Assembly: GCA_943788175.1 (NCBI GenBank)
Contig: CALSPG010000001.1
Location: forward strand, 128,001 to 192,000
Length of the DNA stretch: 64,000 nt
Direction of reading: 5' to 3'
Source: an uncultured bacterium
GTDB taxonomy: Bacteria > Fidelibacterota > Marinisomatia > Marinisomatales > UBA1611
Positions within the stretch are counted from its first letter, which is position 1, and each line of letters starts with the position of its first letter. Positions 48,558-58,726 of this stretch are shown one piece after another. The notes under the pieces were generated by a model. The model made no database searches, was not told the DNA's origin, and saw only the letters and a program-made list of their open reading frames with translations. The translations under genes and the position numbers were made by a program.

Positions 48558-50336
48558 ATGAGCTACACGCCTAGTTTTCTGATTGATAATAAAACCAAAT
48601 ACCCCAAGGAACCTGCATTATCTATAAAAGTTGATGGTGTCTGGGAAACCATGAACTGGGCTGAATACTATAGTTACGTAATTGAAATATCTAAGTCTTT
48701 AATTGCTCTAAATCTCGAGGTTGGAGAAAAAAGTGCAATTTATAGTTATAACAGAAGAGAGTGGTTTGGTTGCTATAGTGCGATGCAGCTTTTAAATTGT
48801 GTCTCTGTAGCTGTTTATCATACTTCATCCTCTTCAGAAGTTGAATGGATTGTTGGAAATTCAGATTCTAAAATTGTATTCGTTGGCCACAATCCAAATG
48901 ACAACGATGAAGATGATAAAATGCCAATTAATCGACTGCTTGCTATCCTAGAAAAGCTTGAGACTGTTGAAGTCGTTGTCCTAATGGGGGTGGATGTAAA
49001 AGCGCCAAATAGTGGTAAAATAATTAATTGGGAAGAATTTATAAAAAAAGGTGTTGATATTTCCGATGAGCAGGTTGAAAAAAGAATGAAAAGTATTGAT
49101 GCCAATGATACCTCCTCTTTAATTTATACATCAGGCACAACGGGTAACCCAAAAGGTGTTGAATTAACTCACAATAATTTTAAAGTTGAACTTGATTCTG
49201 TCGGTCATGTTTTAAAATTTGATCAGGGGGATAGGTATGTCTCTTGGTTGCCTTTAGCTCATGTTTTTGGTCAACTAGTTGACAATCATTATTGGGTAAG
49301 GCGTGCTTTGCATATGTCGATTGTAGATAGTCCTTTAAACACTATTGATTATGCTAAAGAAGTTCAACCTCATTTATTTATAAGCGTTCCTCGTATCTAC
49401 GAAAAAGTTTATTCCAATTTAAAAGCAGCTATAAAAACGAAGCCGATTTTAAAAATAGGGTTAAAAATACCAGTTCTTTCATCTGTTTTTAAGAAAAAAT
49501 TAAGAGAAGCTGCAGGTTTTGGTAGTAATAGGTTCTCAATATCGGGAGCCGCACCAATAAACCCTGAAATCTTAGAATTTTTTCATTTCTTAGGTATCCC
49601 TATTTATGAAGGTTATGGTATGACGGAAAATACAGCTGGAATATCAATAAATTATCCAGGCAATAATAGAATTGGTTCGGTTGGTAAATGTATGCCTTAC
49701 TTCGACCTCAAGATTTCTCATGATGGTGAGGTTTTAATTAAGGGCGGCAATGTAATGAAAGGTTATTACAAAAATTCTGATTCAACAGAAAAAACAATTA
49801 TCGATGAATGGTTGTATACTGGCGATGTTGGAAAGATTGATTCAGATGGTTTTTTGTTTATCACCGGAAGAAAAAAAGAAATTTATGTAAGTTCCAGTGG
49901 AAAAAATATTGCTCCTTTAGTTATTGAAGAATGTATGAAATCTATTCCAATCGTATCGCAATGCTTTTTAGTCGGAGATAATAGAAAATATTGTTCTGCA
50001 TTAATAACACTTGATATGAGTGTGATATTAAGAGATAATATCGGGATTGAACCAAACAGTATCCCAAAGGACCCAACAAAACAAAATAAATTGATTGTTG
50101 AAAATGGTAAAACCCTTTCAGATTACACAAATAGTAAAGATGTTTTTGAAAGTATTCAAGAACAGATTGAAAATCTTAATCAGAAATTTTCTAGTCCTGA
50201 ACAAATTAAAAAGTTTTCAATCTTACCACGAGATTTTTCTATTGATGATGGCGAACTGACTCCAACTTTAAAAATTAGAAGAAAGCAAATCAATGAAAAC
50301 TGGTTAGATACAATTGAATCGCTTTATAAAGAATAA
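48558..50336 (+). CDS. Long-chain fatty acid--CoA ligase (FAA1/FadD15-like)
   Basis: IYTSGTTGNPKG, LPLAH, SVPRIYEK, EGYGMTE, TGDVG, RKKE..GKNIAP, ELTPTLK. Confidence 0.93.
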   Translation: MSYTPSFLIDNKTKYPKEPALSIKVDGVWETMNWAEYYSYVIEISKSLIALNLEVGEKSAIYSYNRREWFGCYSAMQLLNCVSVAVYHTSSSSEVEWIVGNSDSKIVFVGHNPNDNDEDDKMPINRLLAILEKLETVEVVVLMGVDVKAPNSGKIINWEEFIKKGVDISDEQVEKRMKSIDANDTSSLIYTSGTTGNPKGVELTHNNFKVELDSVGHVLKFDQGDRYVSWLPLAHVFGQLVDNHYWVRRALHMSIVDSPLNTIDYAKEVQPHLFISVPRIYEKVYSNLKAAIKTKPILKIGLKIPVLSSVFKKKLREAAGFGSNRFSISGAAPINPEILEFFHFLGIPIYEGYGMTENTAGISINYPGNNRIGSVGKCMPYFDLKISHDGEVLIKGGNVMKGYYKNSDSTEKTIIDEWLYTGDVGKIDSDGFLFITGRKKEIYVSSSGKNIAPLVIEECMKSIPIVSQCFLVGDNRKYCSALITLDMSVILRDNIGIEPNSIPKDPTKQNKLIVENGKTLSDYTNSKDVFESIQEQIENLNQKFSSPEQIKKFSILPRDFSIDDGELTPTLKIRRKQINENWLDTIESLYKE

Positions 50337-50342
50337 AGTTAA

Positions 50343-51338
50343 GTGTCAAAGAAAATAATAGCATTTATAGGCTGCGGTTCTTGGGGTGCAGCATTGGGTG
50401 ACGTCCTTTCAAAAAAAGGTTATAACATCCAATTTTGGCACCGCAATTCAGACACATGTCATGCAATGAAAATTTCAAGGAAACACTACTTATTGCCCAG
50501 CATCGTTTTCGGAAAAAATGTTACTTTTCATTCAGATATAAATCTTGCTTTAGATGGCGCAAAATATATTATACTGGCTGTGCCTTCACAGGCCATGAGA
50601 TCTGTTGTTTATCGAATAAAAGACAGTCTTAACCCTAAAAGTTATATCGTCAATGTATCTAAAGGGATTGAAAATGAAACATTGAAAACCATGAGCAAGG
50701 TAATATCAGAAATAGTAGGGGAAATTCCAAACTTTGTGACTCTGTCTGGTCCAAGTCATGCTGAAGAAGTCGTCAGACAGAAACCAACTGCTATTGTATC
50801 AGCATCAAATAATATTCTAGCAGCAAAAGAAATTCAAAATCTTTTTTCAACAAACAAGCTTCGAGTCTATACAAATCAAGATTTGATTGGTGTCGAAATT
50901 GGTGGCTCAGTAAAAAATGTCGTTGCGATTGCCGCTGGGTTTTGTGATGGTTTTGGTTACGGTGACAATACAAAAGCTGCTCTTATAACTCGTGGAATTA
51001 ATGAGCTTTCTAAACTTGGTGCATGTTTTGGTGCTAATACTGAAACATTTTTTGGTCTTGCTGGGATTGGTGATTTAATTGTCACTTGTAGTAGTGTGCA
51101 TAGTAGAAATAGAAAATTAGGTGAAATGATAGGGAAAGGGAGTGATTTGGAAAGTGTTTTAAACCAAAGTCATATGATAGTGGAGGGAGTAAAAACCGCG
51201 TTCTCAATAAAAAAAATATGTGAAAAATTTGATATAGAAATGCCGATTTGTGAGGCCGTTTTTAAAGTACTATACAAAGATTCAGATCCCGAGAAAGAAG
51301 TCGATTTACTGATGACAAGAAATCTTAAGTCAGAATAA
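50343..51338 (+). CDS. gpsA: NAD(P)H-dependent glycerol-3-phosphate dehydrogenase
   Basis: GCGSWG, SKGIE, SGPSHAEEV, KNVVAIAAG, GDNTKAALITRG, GDLIVTC..SRN. Confidence 0.97.
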   Translation: MSKKIIAFIGCGSWGAALGDVLSKKGYNIQFWHRNSDTCHAMKISRKHYLLPSIVFGKNVTFHSDINLALDGAKYIILAVPSQAMRSVVYRIKDSLNPKSYIVNVSKGIENETLKTMSKVISEIVGEIPNFVTLSGPSHAEEVVRQKPTAIVSASNNILAAKEIQNLFSTNKLRVYTNQDLIGVEIGGSVKNVVAIAAGFCDGFGYGDNTKAALITRGINELSKLGACFGANTETFFGLAGIGDLIVTCSSVHSRNRKLGEMIGKGSDLESVLNQSHMIVEGVKTAFSIKKICEKFDIEMPICEAVFKVLYKDSDPEKEVDLLMTRNLKSE

Positions 51339-51441
51339 CTGGTTAAAACTTAAACTAATTTGTCCGAACATAGATTATATTTTGATTTTACTAATAGTAA
51401 AGTAATTTTGGATGATATATTAGTCAATAAATTATTTATAT

Positions 51442-51513
51442 ACCCTCGTAGTTCAACGGATAGAACAAGTGCCTCCTAAGCATTAGATGCAGGTTCGATT
51501 CCTGCCGAGGGTA
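51442..51513 (+). tRNA. tRNA-Arg (CCT)
   Basis: ACCCTCG/CGAGGGT acceptor stem, AGTGC-CT-CCT-AA-GCATT anticodon arm, GGTTCGATTCC. Confidence 0.96.
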
Positions 51514-51538
51514 CTTATAAATTTTAAAGGAAACAAGA

Positions 51539-52207
51539 ATGTTAAAACCGCAAAGAAAAATTACTCGAAATGAAATAAAAAGAGACCCGCTATTGGATAC
51601 TTTAGAAAAAATCGAATCAGGTTTTGAAAATAATAAAAAAATTGTAACGAATGCTGGGTTGTTAATAATCGCTTTTGTTGTAGGTACTTATATATATTAC
51701 AATAATAGTAAGCAAAATGATTTGGAATCTAATTCTGCTATTGGTATCGCAATGATAGCTTATTCAAATGCAGATTATGAAAATGCGAAATTCCAGTTTG
51801 AAACTGTAGTATCAAATTTTAATGGAACTAATGGATCCAATATTGCACACTATTTTTTGGGCAAAATAGCATTTAAAAATAATAGCTATGATGATGCAAA
51901 GACCTACTTGAATAATTATATAAATTCAGCATCAGATCCGGTTATTGCTTGTGGAGCGATAAAGTTATTACATAGTATTTCATCTCAAGGCGGTAATCAT
52001 GCTGAAAGTCTGGATATTTTAAAAAAAGGCAATAAGTTTAATTTGGGTTCGAGTTCTAAACTTGAATTACAGCTTTTAGAGGTTTATACATATATTAAAT
52101 TAAATGATTTTACTAATGCTCGAGAAAATATAGATGATATTTTGCAATTTAAAAAAATACCATCAAGTGTAAAACAAAAAGCTGATGAGCTAAGCGGAAT
52201 GATGTAG
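51539..52207 (+). CDS. Membrane-anchored TPR protein (YfgM-like)
   Basis: One N-terminal TM segment then TPR-like helices (AHYFLGKIAF, AKTYL). Confidence 0.75.
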   Translation: MLKPQRKITRNEIKRDPLLDTLEKIESGFENNKKIVTNAGLLIIAFVVGTYIYYNNSKQNDLESNSAIGIAMIAYSNADYENAKFQFETVVSNFNGTNGSNIAHYFLGKIAFKNNSYDDAKTYLNNYINSASDPVIACGAIKLLHSISSQGGNHAESLDILKKGNKFNLGSSSKLELQLLEVYTYIKLNDFTNARENIDDILQFKKIPSSVKQKADELSGMM

Positions 52208-52263
52208 TTATTTAATTGTTCTTTCTATTGTAATAATAGTTTTAAATATATAATTTTCCGGAC

Positions 52264-52297
52264 GAAAAGTGGGTTGAAAGACCCACTTTTCTTTTTT
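52264..52297 (+). promoter_or_regulatory. rimP leader hairpin / terminator-like attenuator
   Basis: GAAAAGTGGGT-TGAAAG-ACCCACTTTTC followed by a T-run, just before the rimP ATG; matches the widespread GTGGG..CCCAC rimP-leader pattern. Confidence 0.75.
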
Positions 52298-52303
52298 AAG
52301 ATT

Positions 52304-52741
52304 ATGGATAATTTAAAAAATATAGTATTAAATCATCTTGGTGATGATGTCGAATTAATGGATTTAGTATTTGATTCTAGGTCAGACTATGTCAGGGTTG
52401 TTGTGGATTCTATTGGTAATCTATCTATTGGAAAAACATCGAACATCGCCAAAAAAATTAGAAATGATGAAAGTATGCTTTCAATGTTTCCAAATGGTTG
52501 CAAGCTTGAAGTTGGTACTCCAGGCATTGGAGTCCCTCTTACGAGAAGTTTTCAATACAAAAAAAATATTGGCAGAAAAATATTGTTAGAATATTCTAAT
52601 AATAACGATGAGCCTGTTTCTAAGGTTTATAATTTGGTTAGTGCAGATGACAAGGGTATTAATGTAAAGATTAAAGGCAAGTTAGTCTTTATTAATTACG
52701 ATAATATTATTTCTGCAAAAGTAGAAGTTTCATTTGATTAG
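52304..52741 (+). CDS. rimP: Ribosome maturation factor RimP
   Basis: LEVGTPG..PL...QYKKNIGR, I..AKV; first gene of the nusA-infB operon; ATG 52304. Confidence 0.85.
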   Translation: MDNLKNIVLNHLGDDVELMDLVFDSRSDYVRVVVDSIGNLSIGKTSNIAKKIRNDESMLSMFPNGCKLEVGTPGIGVPLTRSFQYKKNIGRKILLEYSNNNDEPVSKVYNLVSADDKGINVKIKGKLVFINYDNIISAKVEVSFD

Positions 52742-52756
52742 TTATTAGGAGGAGTT

Positions 52757-54064
52757 TTGGTTAATAGAGAATTAATAGAGGTTTTTTCAGAAATTGCTAG
52801 AGAAAAAAATGTTGAGAGATCTGAGCTTGCATCAATTTTGGAAGAGTTGTTTTTATATATAATTGAAAGAGAATACGGTGATTCATCAAATTGTAGTTGT
52901 ATTGTCAACCTGGATAAAGGTGAAATTGAAATATATGCTGAAAAAACTATTGTTGAAGAAATAGATGATTACAAAGTTGAAATTACTCTTGATGAGGCTA
53001 TTGCTAAGGAACCAGAAGAGGCTGAGGGCCTAACTGTTGGTGATGTGTTTGTCGAAGTAATTGACTTGAGAGTTTTTGGCAGAAGAATAATTAGCACAGC
53101 TAAGCACTTTTTTTCTCAAAAGCTCAGAGACGTTGAAAGAAATTATATTTATGAAGATTATGCGAATCGCATAGGTGAGATTGTGATTGGAGTAGTACAT
53201 CAGGTACAAAGAGATAATGTATTTGTCAATATTGATCAGGCTGAACTTCGATTGCCAAAGAGTGAACAGATTTATTCTGAAAGGTACAGAAGAGGTGATA
53301 CCGTACGCAGTATTATAAAATCTGTTGAAATCACATCAAAAGGCCCGGATATTGTTGTAAGTAGAAGTGATAATCATTTTTTAAATAAACTTTTTGAAAT
53401 GGAAGTACCTGAAATTGAAGATGGTATAATTGACATTACTTCTATTGCTAGGCAACCAGGAGAAAGAGCAAAAATAATTGTTCAATCTAACGACCGGCGT
53501 ATAGACCCTGTTGGTGCTTGTGTAGGTATGAGAGGGAGTAGAATTCAAGCAGTAGTGAGAGAGTTAAACAATGAAAAAATTGACATTGTTAATTTTAGTG
53601 AACAACCTGAGATTTTAATTACCAGGGCTCTATCTCCAGCAAAACCAATAAATCTTTATATTGATGAAGAAAAAGAATATTGCATTGCTATTTTTGAAGA
53701 TGAAAACCTCGATTCAGCTATTGGTAGAAACGGTATGAATATAAATTTGGCTTCCAGAGTTACAGGTTATAGGATAGATGCATATGGTGTTAATCAGTAT
53801 AAAAGATTGCAAGATGATCAAAATACATTATTGTCAGATATCGATGGAATTAAAGCTTCCTTTAGTAAGGCTTTAAATGAAGTTAACATTAAAACAGTTG
53901 CTGACTTAATGGACGCGGACGAAGAATCACTTGTTGAGATAAAGAGTCTTTCTTCAGAAAAAGTCGAAATAATATTTTCATCAGTTCAGTTGTTTATTGA
54001 AAGAGAATTAGATGAGCCTGAGGATGTAAATAGTGTAGATTTAAGTATCACTGAAGAAGAATAA
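52757..54064 (+). CDS. nusA: Transcription factor NusA
   Basis: FGR, S1 domain, VSRS..LFEMEVPEI, DPVGACVGMRGSRIQ, AIGRNG.N..LA. Confidence 0.97.
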   Translation: MVNRELIEVFSEIAREKNVERSELASILEELFLYIIEREYGDSSNCSCIVNLDKGEIEIYAEKTIVEEIDDYKVEITLDEAIAKEPEEAEGLTVGDVFVEVIDLRVFGRRIISTAKHFFSQKLRDVERNYIYEDYANRIGEIVIGVVHQVQRDNVFVNIDQAELRLPKSEQIYSERYRRGDTVRSIIKSVEITSKGPDIVVSRSDNHFLNKLFEMEVPEIEDGIIDITSIARQPGERAKIIVQSNDRRIDPVGACVGMRGSRIQAVVRELNNEKIDIVNFSEQPEILITRALSPAKPINLYIDEEKEYCIAIFEDENLDSAIGRNGMNINLASRVTGYRIDAYGVNQYKRLQDDQNTLLSDIDGIKASFSKALNEVNIKTVADLMDADEESLVEIKSLSSEKVEIIFSSVQLFIERELDEPEDVNSVDLSITEEE

Positions 54065-54091
54065 TTCTTAATAATTTAATCAAAGGTAAAA

Positions 54092-56497
54092 ATGGCAATA
54101 GTAAGAATATTTCAAATTGCAAAAGAATTAAACATATCGCACACAGATATTGTAGATTTCTTAAATAAAAAAGGTCTTGATGTTAAAAGCCATATGTCTC
54201 CTGTTGGCGACGAGGTTCGTAATCTTATTATGTCTGAATTTTCAAAAGACAAAATGTTGGTGGATAGGTTTAGGAAAGAGCAAGTAAGAAAAGAAATTCA
54301 TGATACTAGATTGAAAGACAAGCAAGAATCTCAAAAAAAGCTTCAATTATTGAGTCTTCAAGATCAGCGCGAGTTGGAAAAAAAAGAAAGACTTAAAAGC
54401 GAAAAAGAAAAAGAGGCGATAGAAAAGAAAAAAATAGAGGATCAAAAAAGTTCTCCTGAGAAAATCTCTGGAGATAGAGTAAAAGAAATTAAAAAGAAGC
54501 TTACTCCTTCAAAGAAGCCAAAACTAAGAAAAATAAATCTAACAAATATTAGATCGGAAATTAGTCAGCCAGGTTCCACGAAATTTGAAAAAAGCCCAAA
54601 AGGTAAAACTGAAAAATCTTCTAAAAATGTTGAAACCAAGGTTAAGGAAACGCTTGCTGCTATTGGCACTAAGAAAAAGAAAAAAGTATATAAAAAATCA
54701 AAATTAAAATCTGATATTATTGACGAAAATGATGATATCGAAAGATCAATAAAAATACCTGAATTTTCCAGCGTTGATGAACTTTCAAAAATTTTCGGAG
54801 TCTCTTCTAGTGATATCATTGCATTTTGCCTAGAACTTGGTACTCTGGCTACAATCAATCAGCGATTGGACTGGGATTCTATTGAATTAATAGCTAATCA
54901 TTTTGAATATAATGCCGAGAAGATAAATGATGTCACAGAAGACCTTTTTTCCTTTGAGTATTCCGACGAGGATAAAAAAAATTCTGTAAGTAGGTCTCCA
55001 GTAGTTACGGTAATGGGACATGTAGATCACGGAAAGACTAGCCTTCTTGATTTTATTAGAAACTCTAAAGTCGCTGATGGTGAATCTGGTGGGATAACTC
55101 AGCATATTGGCGCCTATAAAGTAGATGTCAAGGCACAAAAATCAATTACATTTTTAGATACTCCTGGTCATGAAGCTTTTACCGCTATGCGTGCGAGAGG
55201 TGCTCAAGTCACAGATATTGTTATTTTAATTGTAGCAGCAGATGATGCTGTGATGCCGCAAACAAAGGAAGCTATTAGTCATTCAAAAGCTGCCGGTGTC
55301 CCAATGATTGTGGCTATAAATAAGTGTGATAAACCTGGAGCTGATCCAGATAAGGTTAAACGTGAGTTATCAGAAAATGATGTTTTAGTTGAAAGTTGGG
55401 GTGGCAAAGTTCAGTCAGTAGAAATTAGTGCTCTTAATGGTGACGGTGTGGATAGCTTGTTAGATAGTCTACTTTTAGAAACCGAAATTCTTGATTTAAA
55501 AGCGAATAAGGAATGTCTCGCTGTCGGTACTGTCATTGATTCTAAATTAGACAAAGGTCTAGGTCCAATAGGTACCGTCTTAGTTCAAAAAGGCACATTA
55601 AAAGTTGGCGATCCTTTTATATGTAATGATTTTGCTGGAAAAGTTAGAAGTATTATGAATGAAAATGGTGAGAGATTAAAGACTGCTGAACCGTCTGACG
55701 CTGTGCAGCTACAAGGTTTTAACACTGTTCCAAAAGCGGGAGATCTTATTGCAGTGCTTCAGAATGAAAAGGACCTTAAAAAGATTTCAAATGAGAGGCA
55801 AAAAACCCGAAGAGAAATTGAACAAAAGAGAATGTCTTTTTCATTGGATTCAATGTCCGCACTAATAAAAGAAGGTTCTATTAAATCACTACCTGTTATT
55901 TTAAAAGGAGATGTTGACGGATCTATTGATGCTATTTCTGAAAGTTTAATGAAACTCAATAATAACGAAGTTGAAATAAAAGTCATTCATAGTGCAGTAG
56001 GAATGGTAACGGAGTCAGACGTTCTTCTGGCTGATGCTTCGAATGCAGTAATCGTGGCTTTTGGGGTTCAGATTTCCTCGAATGCAAAGCTCCAGGCTTC
56101 GCAAGCTGGCGTAGATATTCGCACTTATAATGTAATATATAATGTTGTTGATGAAATAAAATTGGCTCTAGAGGGTTTATTAGATCCTGATAAAATAGAA
56201 AAAGTAGTAGGTAAAGCGCTTGTTCAGCAACAATTTAAAATTCCTAACATAGGTTTTATCGCTGGTTCTAAAGTTATAGAAGGTGTAATTAAGAGAAATA
56301 TGAGTGCCCGTTTATACCGAGATGACGAATTGTTTATTGAAGGAAAAATTGAATCTTTAAAGCGATTCAAGGATGACGTGAAAGATGTAAAAGATGGGCT
56401 AGAGTGTGGTATTGGTATTTCAGGTATGAAAAAATACCTTGAGGGCGACGTAATTGAGGTTTTCGAAGTTGAAGAAATAAAAAGAACTTTGGATTAA
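54092..56497 (+). CDS. infB: Translation initiation factor IF-2
   Basis: VTVMGHVDHGKTSLLD, GGITQHIGAY, DTPGHEAF, NKCD, KGDVDGS. Confidence 0.99.
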   Translation: MAIVRIFQIAKELNISHTDIVDFLNKKGLDVKSHMSPVGDEVRNLIMSEFSKDKMLVDRFRKEQVRKEIHDTRLKDKQESQKKLQLLSLQDQRELEKKERLKSEKEKEAIEKKKIEDQKSSPEKISGDRVKEIKKKLTPSKKPKLRKINLTNIRSEISQPGSTKFEKSPKGKTEKSSKNVETKVKETLAAIGTKKKKKVYKKSKLKSDIIDENDDIERSIKIPEFSSVDELSKIFGVSSSDIIAFCLELGTLATINQRLDWDSIELIANHFEYNAEKINDVTEDLFSFEYSDEDKKNSVSRSPVVTVMGHVDHGKTSLLDFIRNSKVADGESGGITQHIGAYKVDVKAQKSITFLDTPGHEAFTAMRARGAQVTDIVILIVAADDAVMPQTKEAISHSKAAGVPMIVAINKCDKPGADPDKVKRELSENDVLVESWGGKVQSVEISALNGDGVDSLLDSLLLETEILDLKANKECLAVGTVIDSKLDKGLGPIGTVLVQKGTLKVGDPFICNDFAGKVRSIMNENGERLKTAEPSDAVQLQGFNTVPKAGDLIAVLQNEKDLKKISNERQKTRREIEQKRMSFSLDSMSALIKEGSIKSLPVILKGDVDGSIDAISESLMKLNNNEVEIKVIHSAVGMVTESDVLLADASNAVIVAFGVQISSNAKLQASQAGVDIRTYNVIYNVVDEIKLALEGLLDPDKIEKVVGKALVQQQFKIPNIGFIAGSKVIEGVIKRNMSARLYRDDELFIEGKIESLKRFKDDVKDVKDGLECGIGISGMKKYLEGDVIEVFEVEEIKRTLD

Positions 56498-56504
56498 ATT
56501 TAAT

Positions 56505-56873
56505 TTGGATCATAACAAACCTTACGATCGTATTGATAGAGTAAATAATCAGATCTTAGATATCTTGAGTTCTATATTACATAAGAATATTGATTTAAGT
56601 CGCTTGGGGTTTGTAACATTCACAAAAGTAGATGTTGCTAGAGATTTGCGTGTAGCAAAAGTATTTTATAGTGTGTTAAATCAAACCCTTCGAAAAAAAC
56701 AATTAAACATAGAAATTAATAAACATCGAAAGCCATTTAAGAAATATCTGGGGCCTGAATTAACAATGAAACATACCCCTGACTTACGATTTTATTTTGA
56801 TGATACATATGAATACACAGAGTATGTATCTACTCTAATTAAAAAACTCAAAATAAGTGATAATAAATATTGA
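56505..56873 (+). CDS. rbfA: Ribosome-binding factor A
   Basis: RIDRVN, VDVARDLRVAKVFYS, TPDLRFYFD; operon position. Confidence 0.92.
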   Translation: MDHNKPYDRIDRVNNQILDILSSILHKNIDLSRLGFVTFTKVDVARDLRVAKVFYSVLNQTLRKKQLNIEINKHRKPFKKYLGPELTMKHTPDLRFYFDDTYEYTEYVSTLIKKLKISDNKY

Positions 56874-57510
56874 TAAGCCAGTTGACTGGACGTCTTTTGA
56901 CGTTGTTAAAAAAATAAGAAATGTAACCAAGCATAAAAAGGTTGGACACGGAGGAACTCTCGATCCTTTTGCTACTGGCGTTTTAATTATTGGAACCGAA
57001 AAAGACACTAAGCAACTTTCATCTATTACCAATTCAGATAAAGAGTACATTGCAGAATTAAAATTAGGTGAGACAACTAATACGTTGGACACAGAGGGTG
57101 AAATAGTAGAAGAGATTTCCGTCCCTACCATTGATGAGAATCTTGTAAATAGCGTTTTAAAAACTTTTTTAGGAAAGCAAAAACAAAGGCCACCTATGTT
57201 TTCTGCTAAGAAAAAAAATGGTACTAGACTCTACAAATTAGCTAGAAAAAATATTGAAGTAGAAAGAGAAAAAATTGACGTTATGATAAACAGCATTTAC
57301 ATTAATGATTTTTCTAGAGACAAAATAAGTTTTAGCGTTAATTGCTCGAAGGGTACATATATACGAGTTCTTGGAGCAGATATTGCAAAAAAAATTGGCA
57401 CAGTTGGATATTTAATTAACCTAAGAAGAACAAAGGTTGGTGATTTTGCGGTCACAGAATCCCTACCTTTAGAAGAATTTATTTCATCATGGAAGTCCAT
57501 TACGGCCTAA
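56857..57510 (+). CDS. truB: tRNA pseudouridine(55) synthase TruB (no PUA domain)
   Basis: IDKP..WTSFDVV, KVGHGGTLDPFATG, PPMFSA, CSKGTYIR, LRRT. Confidence 0.96.
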   Translation: MIINIDKPVDWTSFDVVKKIRNVTKHKKVGHGGTLDPFATGVLIIGTEKDTKQLSSITNSDKEYIAELKLGETTNTLDTEGEIVEEISVPTIDENLVNSVLKTFLGKQKQRPPMFSAKKKNGTRLYKLARKNIEVEREKIDVMINSIYINDFSRDKISFSVNCSKGTYIRVLGADIAKKIGTVGYLINLRRTKVGDFAVTESLPLEEFISSWKSITA

Positions 57511-58436
57511 GTACTTTTAAAAAGCTCGGTAGTAGTGTTATTACGATTGGTTCATATGATGGTATTCACAGAGGGCATTTTCAATTAATTAATAAAGTTA
57601 AATCTTTGGCTGTTTTAAATGGTCTTAAATCTGTCTTAATAACTTTTAATCCTCACCCAAGAAGTGTAATAAATAAAAAAGAGGGTACAATTAACCTTAT
57701 AATGAGCCTGGATAGAAAAATTGAAATCTTAAGTGAAATGGGTCTAGATATATTAGTTGTTCTTGAATTTGATTTAAGTCTAATGATGATAGAAGCAAAA
57801 ATATTCTTAGATAATATTGTAGTTAAGTATTTTAGTCCATTAACTATAATTGCGGGTGAAAACCATGCTTTTGGATTTAAGAGAACAGGAGATACAAAAT
57901 TTCTTGGTGATTATTGTAAAAACAATAATATTCAATTTGAAATTGTCGAACCTTTAAAAGATGGTGAAATAATTATTTCTAGCACTAATATCAGAAAGCT
58001 AATTGATAGCGGCTATATAAGGAGGGCAAATTATGAATTGGGATCAATTTTTGGATTTTACGCTAAAGTTGTTAGTGGTTCAGGCAGAGGCCATAAATTA
58101 AAATACCCTACAGCTAACCTTGTTTCAGTTGACAAAAATCAGTTGTACCCTAAAAAAGGGGTGTATTTTACTAGGTGTATTATTCATGGACTTAGTCGTT
58201 ATGGAATGTGTAATTTCGGACACAGACCAACCTTTGAAGAAAATGAGTTAGTTCTCGAAGTTCATATCTTTGGGGACATCCCAAATAATCTGTATGGTAA
58301 CATTATTTGGATTGAGTTTTTAGAAAGAATTAGGAATGAGAAGAAGTTTTCTTCAGCAAATAATTTAACTAATCAATTAGAGAAAGATGAAAAAAGATGT
58401 TTATCTCTAAAGTACAAATACGAACTAGGAGTATAG
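57489..58436 (+). CDS. ribF: Bifunctional riboflavin kinase/FAD synthetase
   Basis: IGSYDGIHRGH, TFNPHP, ISSTNIR, YPTAN, G.RPT, EVHI. Confidence 0.96.
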   Translation: MEVHYGLSTFKKLGSSVITIGSYDGIHRGHFQLINKVKSLAVLNGLKSVLITFNPHPRSVINKKEGTINLIMSLDRKIEILSEMGLDILVVLEFDLSLMMIEAKIFLDNIVVKYFSPLTIIAGENHAFGFKRTGDTKFLGDYCKNNNIQFEIVEPLKDGEIIISSTNIRKLIDSGYIRRANYELGSIFGFYAKVVSGSGRGHKLKYPTANLVSVDKNQLYPKKGVYFTRCIIHGLSRYGMCNFGHRPTFEENELVLEVHIFGDIPNNLYGNIIWIEFLERIRNEKKFSSANNLTNQLEKDEKRCLSLKYKYELGV

Positions 58437-58437
58437 G

Positions 58438-58707
58438 ATGCCTATTACAAAAGAAGATAAAGAAAAAATTATAAAAAAATTTGGGAAGAGTAAAGATGAC
58501 ACCGGCGCAACTGAGGTGCAAGTGGCTATATTATCCCATAGAATCTCAGAATTAACAGAACACGTAAAAATACATAAAAAAGATAAGCACACTAGAAGAG
58601 GATTAGTGCAATTAGTTTCTCAAAGAAAAAAATTGCTAAAATATTTGTCAAAGACAAATGCTAAATCCTATGTAACGCTTATTAAAGAATTATCAATTCG
58701 TGGATAG
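58438..58707 (+). CDS. rpsO: 30S ribosomal protein S15
   Basis: DTGATEVQVAIL, HKKD..RRGL..VSQRKKLLKYL. Confidence 0.98.
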   Translation: MPITKEDKEKIIKKFGKSKDDTGATEVQVAILSHRISELTEHVKIHKKDKHTRRGLVQLVSQRKKLLKYLSKTNAKSYVTLIKELSIRG

Positions 58708-58726
58708 AAGGAAAAAATAGAAAATT

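Noticed and set aside
52274-52303. TTG start for rimP given in the ORF track
   Set aside because: It lies inside the leader hairpin; ATG 52304 is more plausible.
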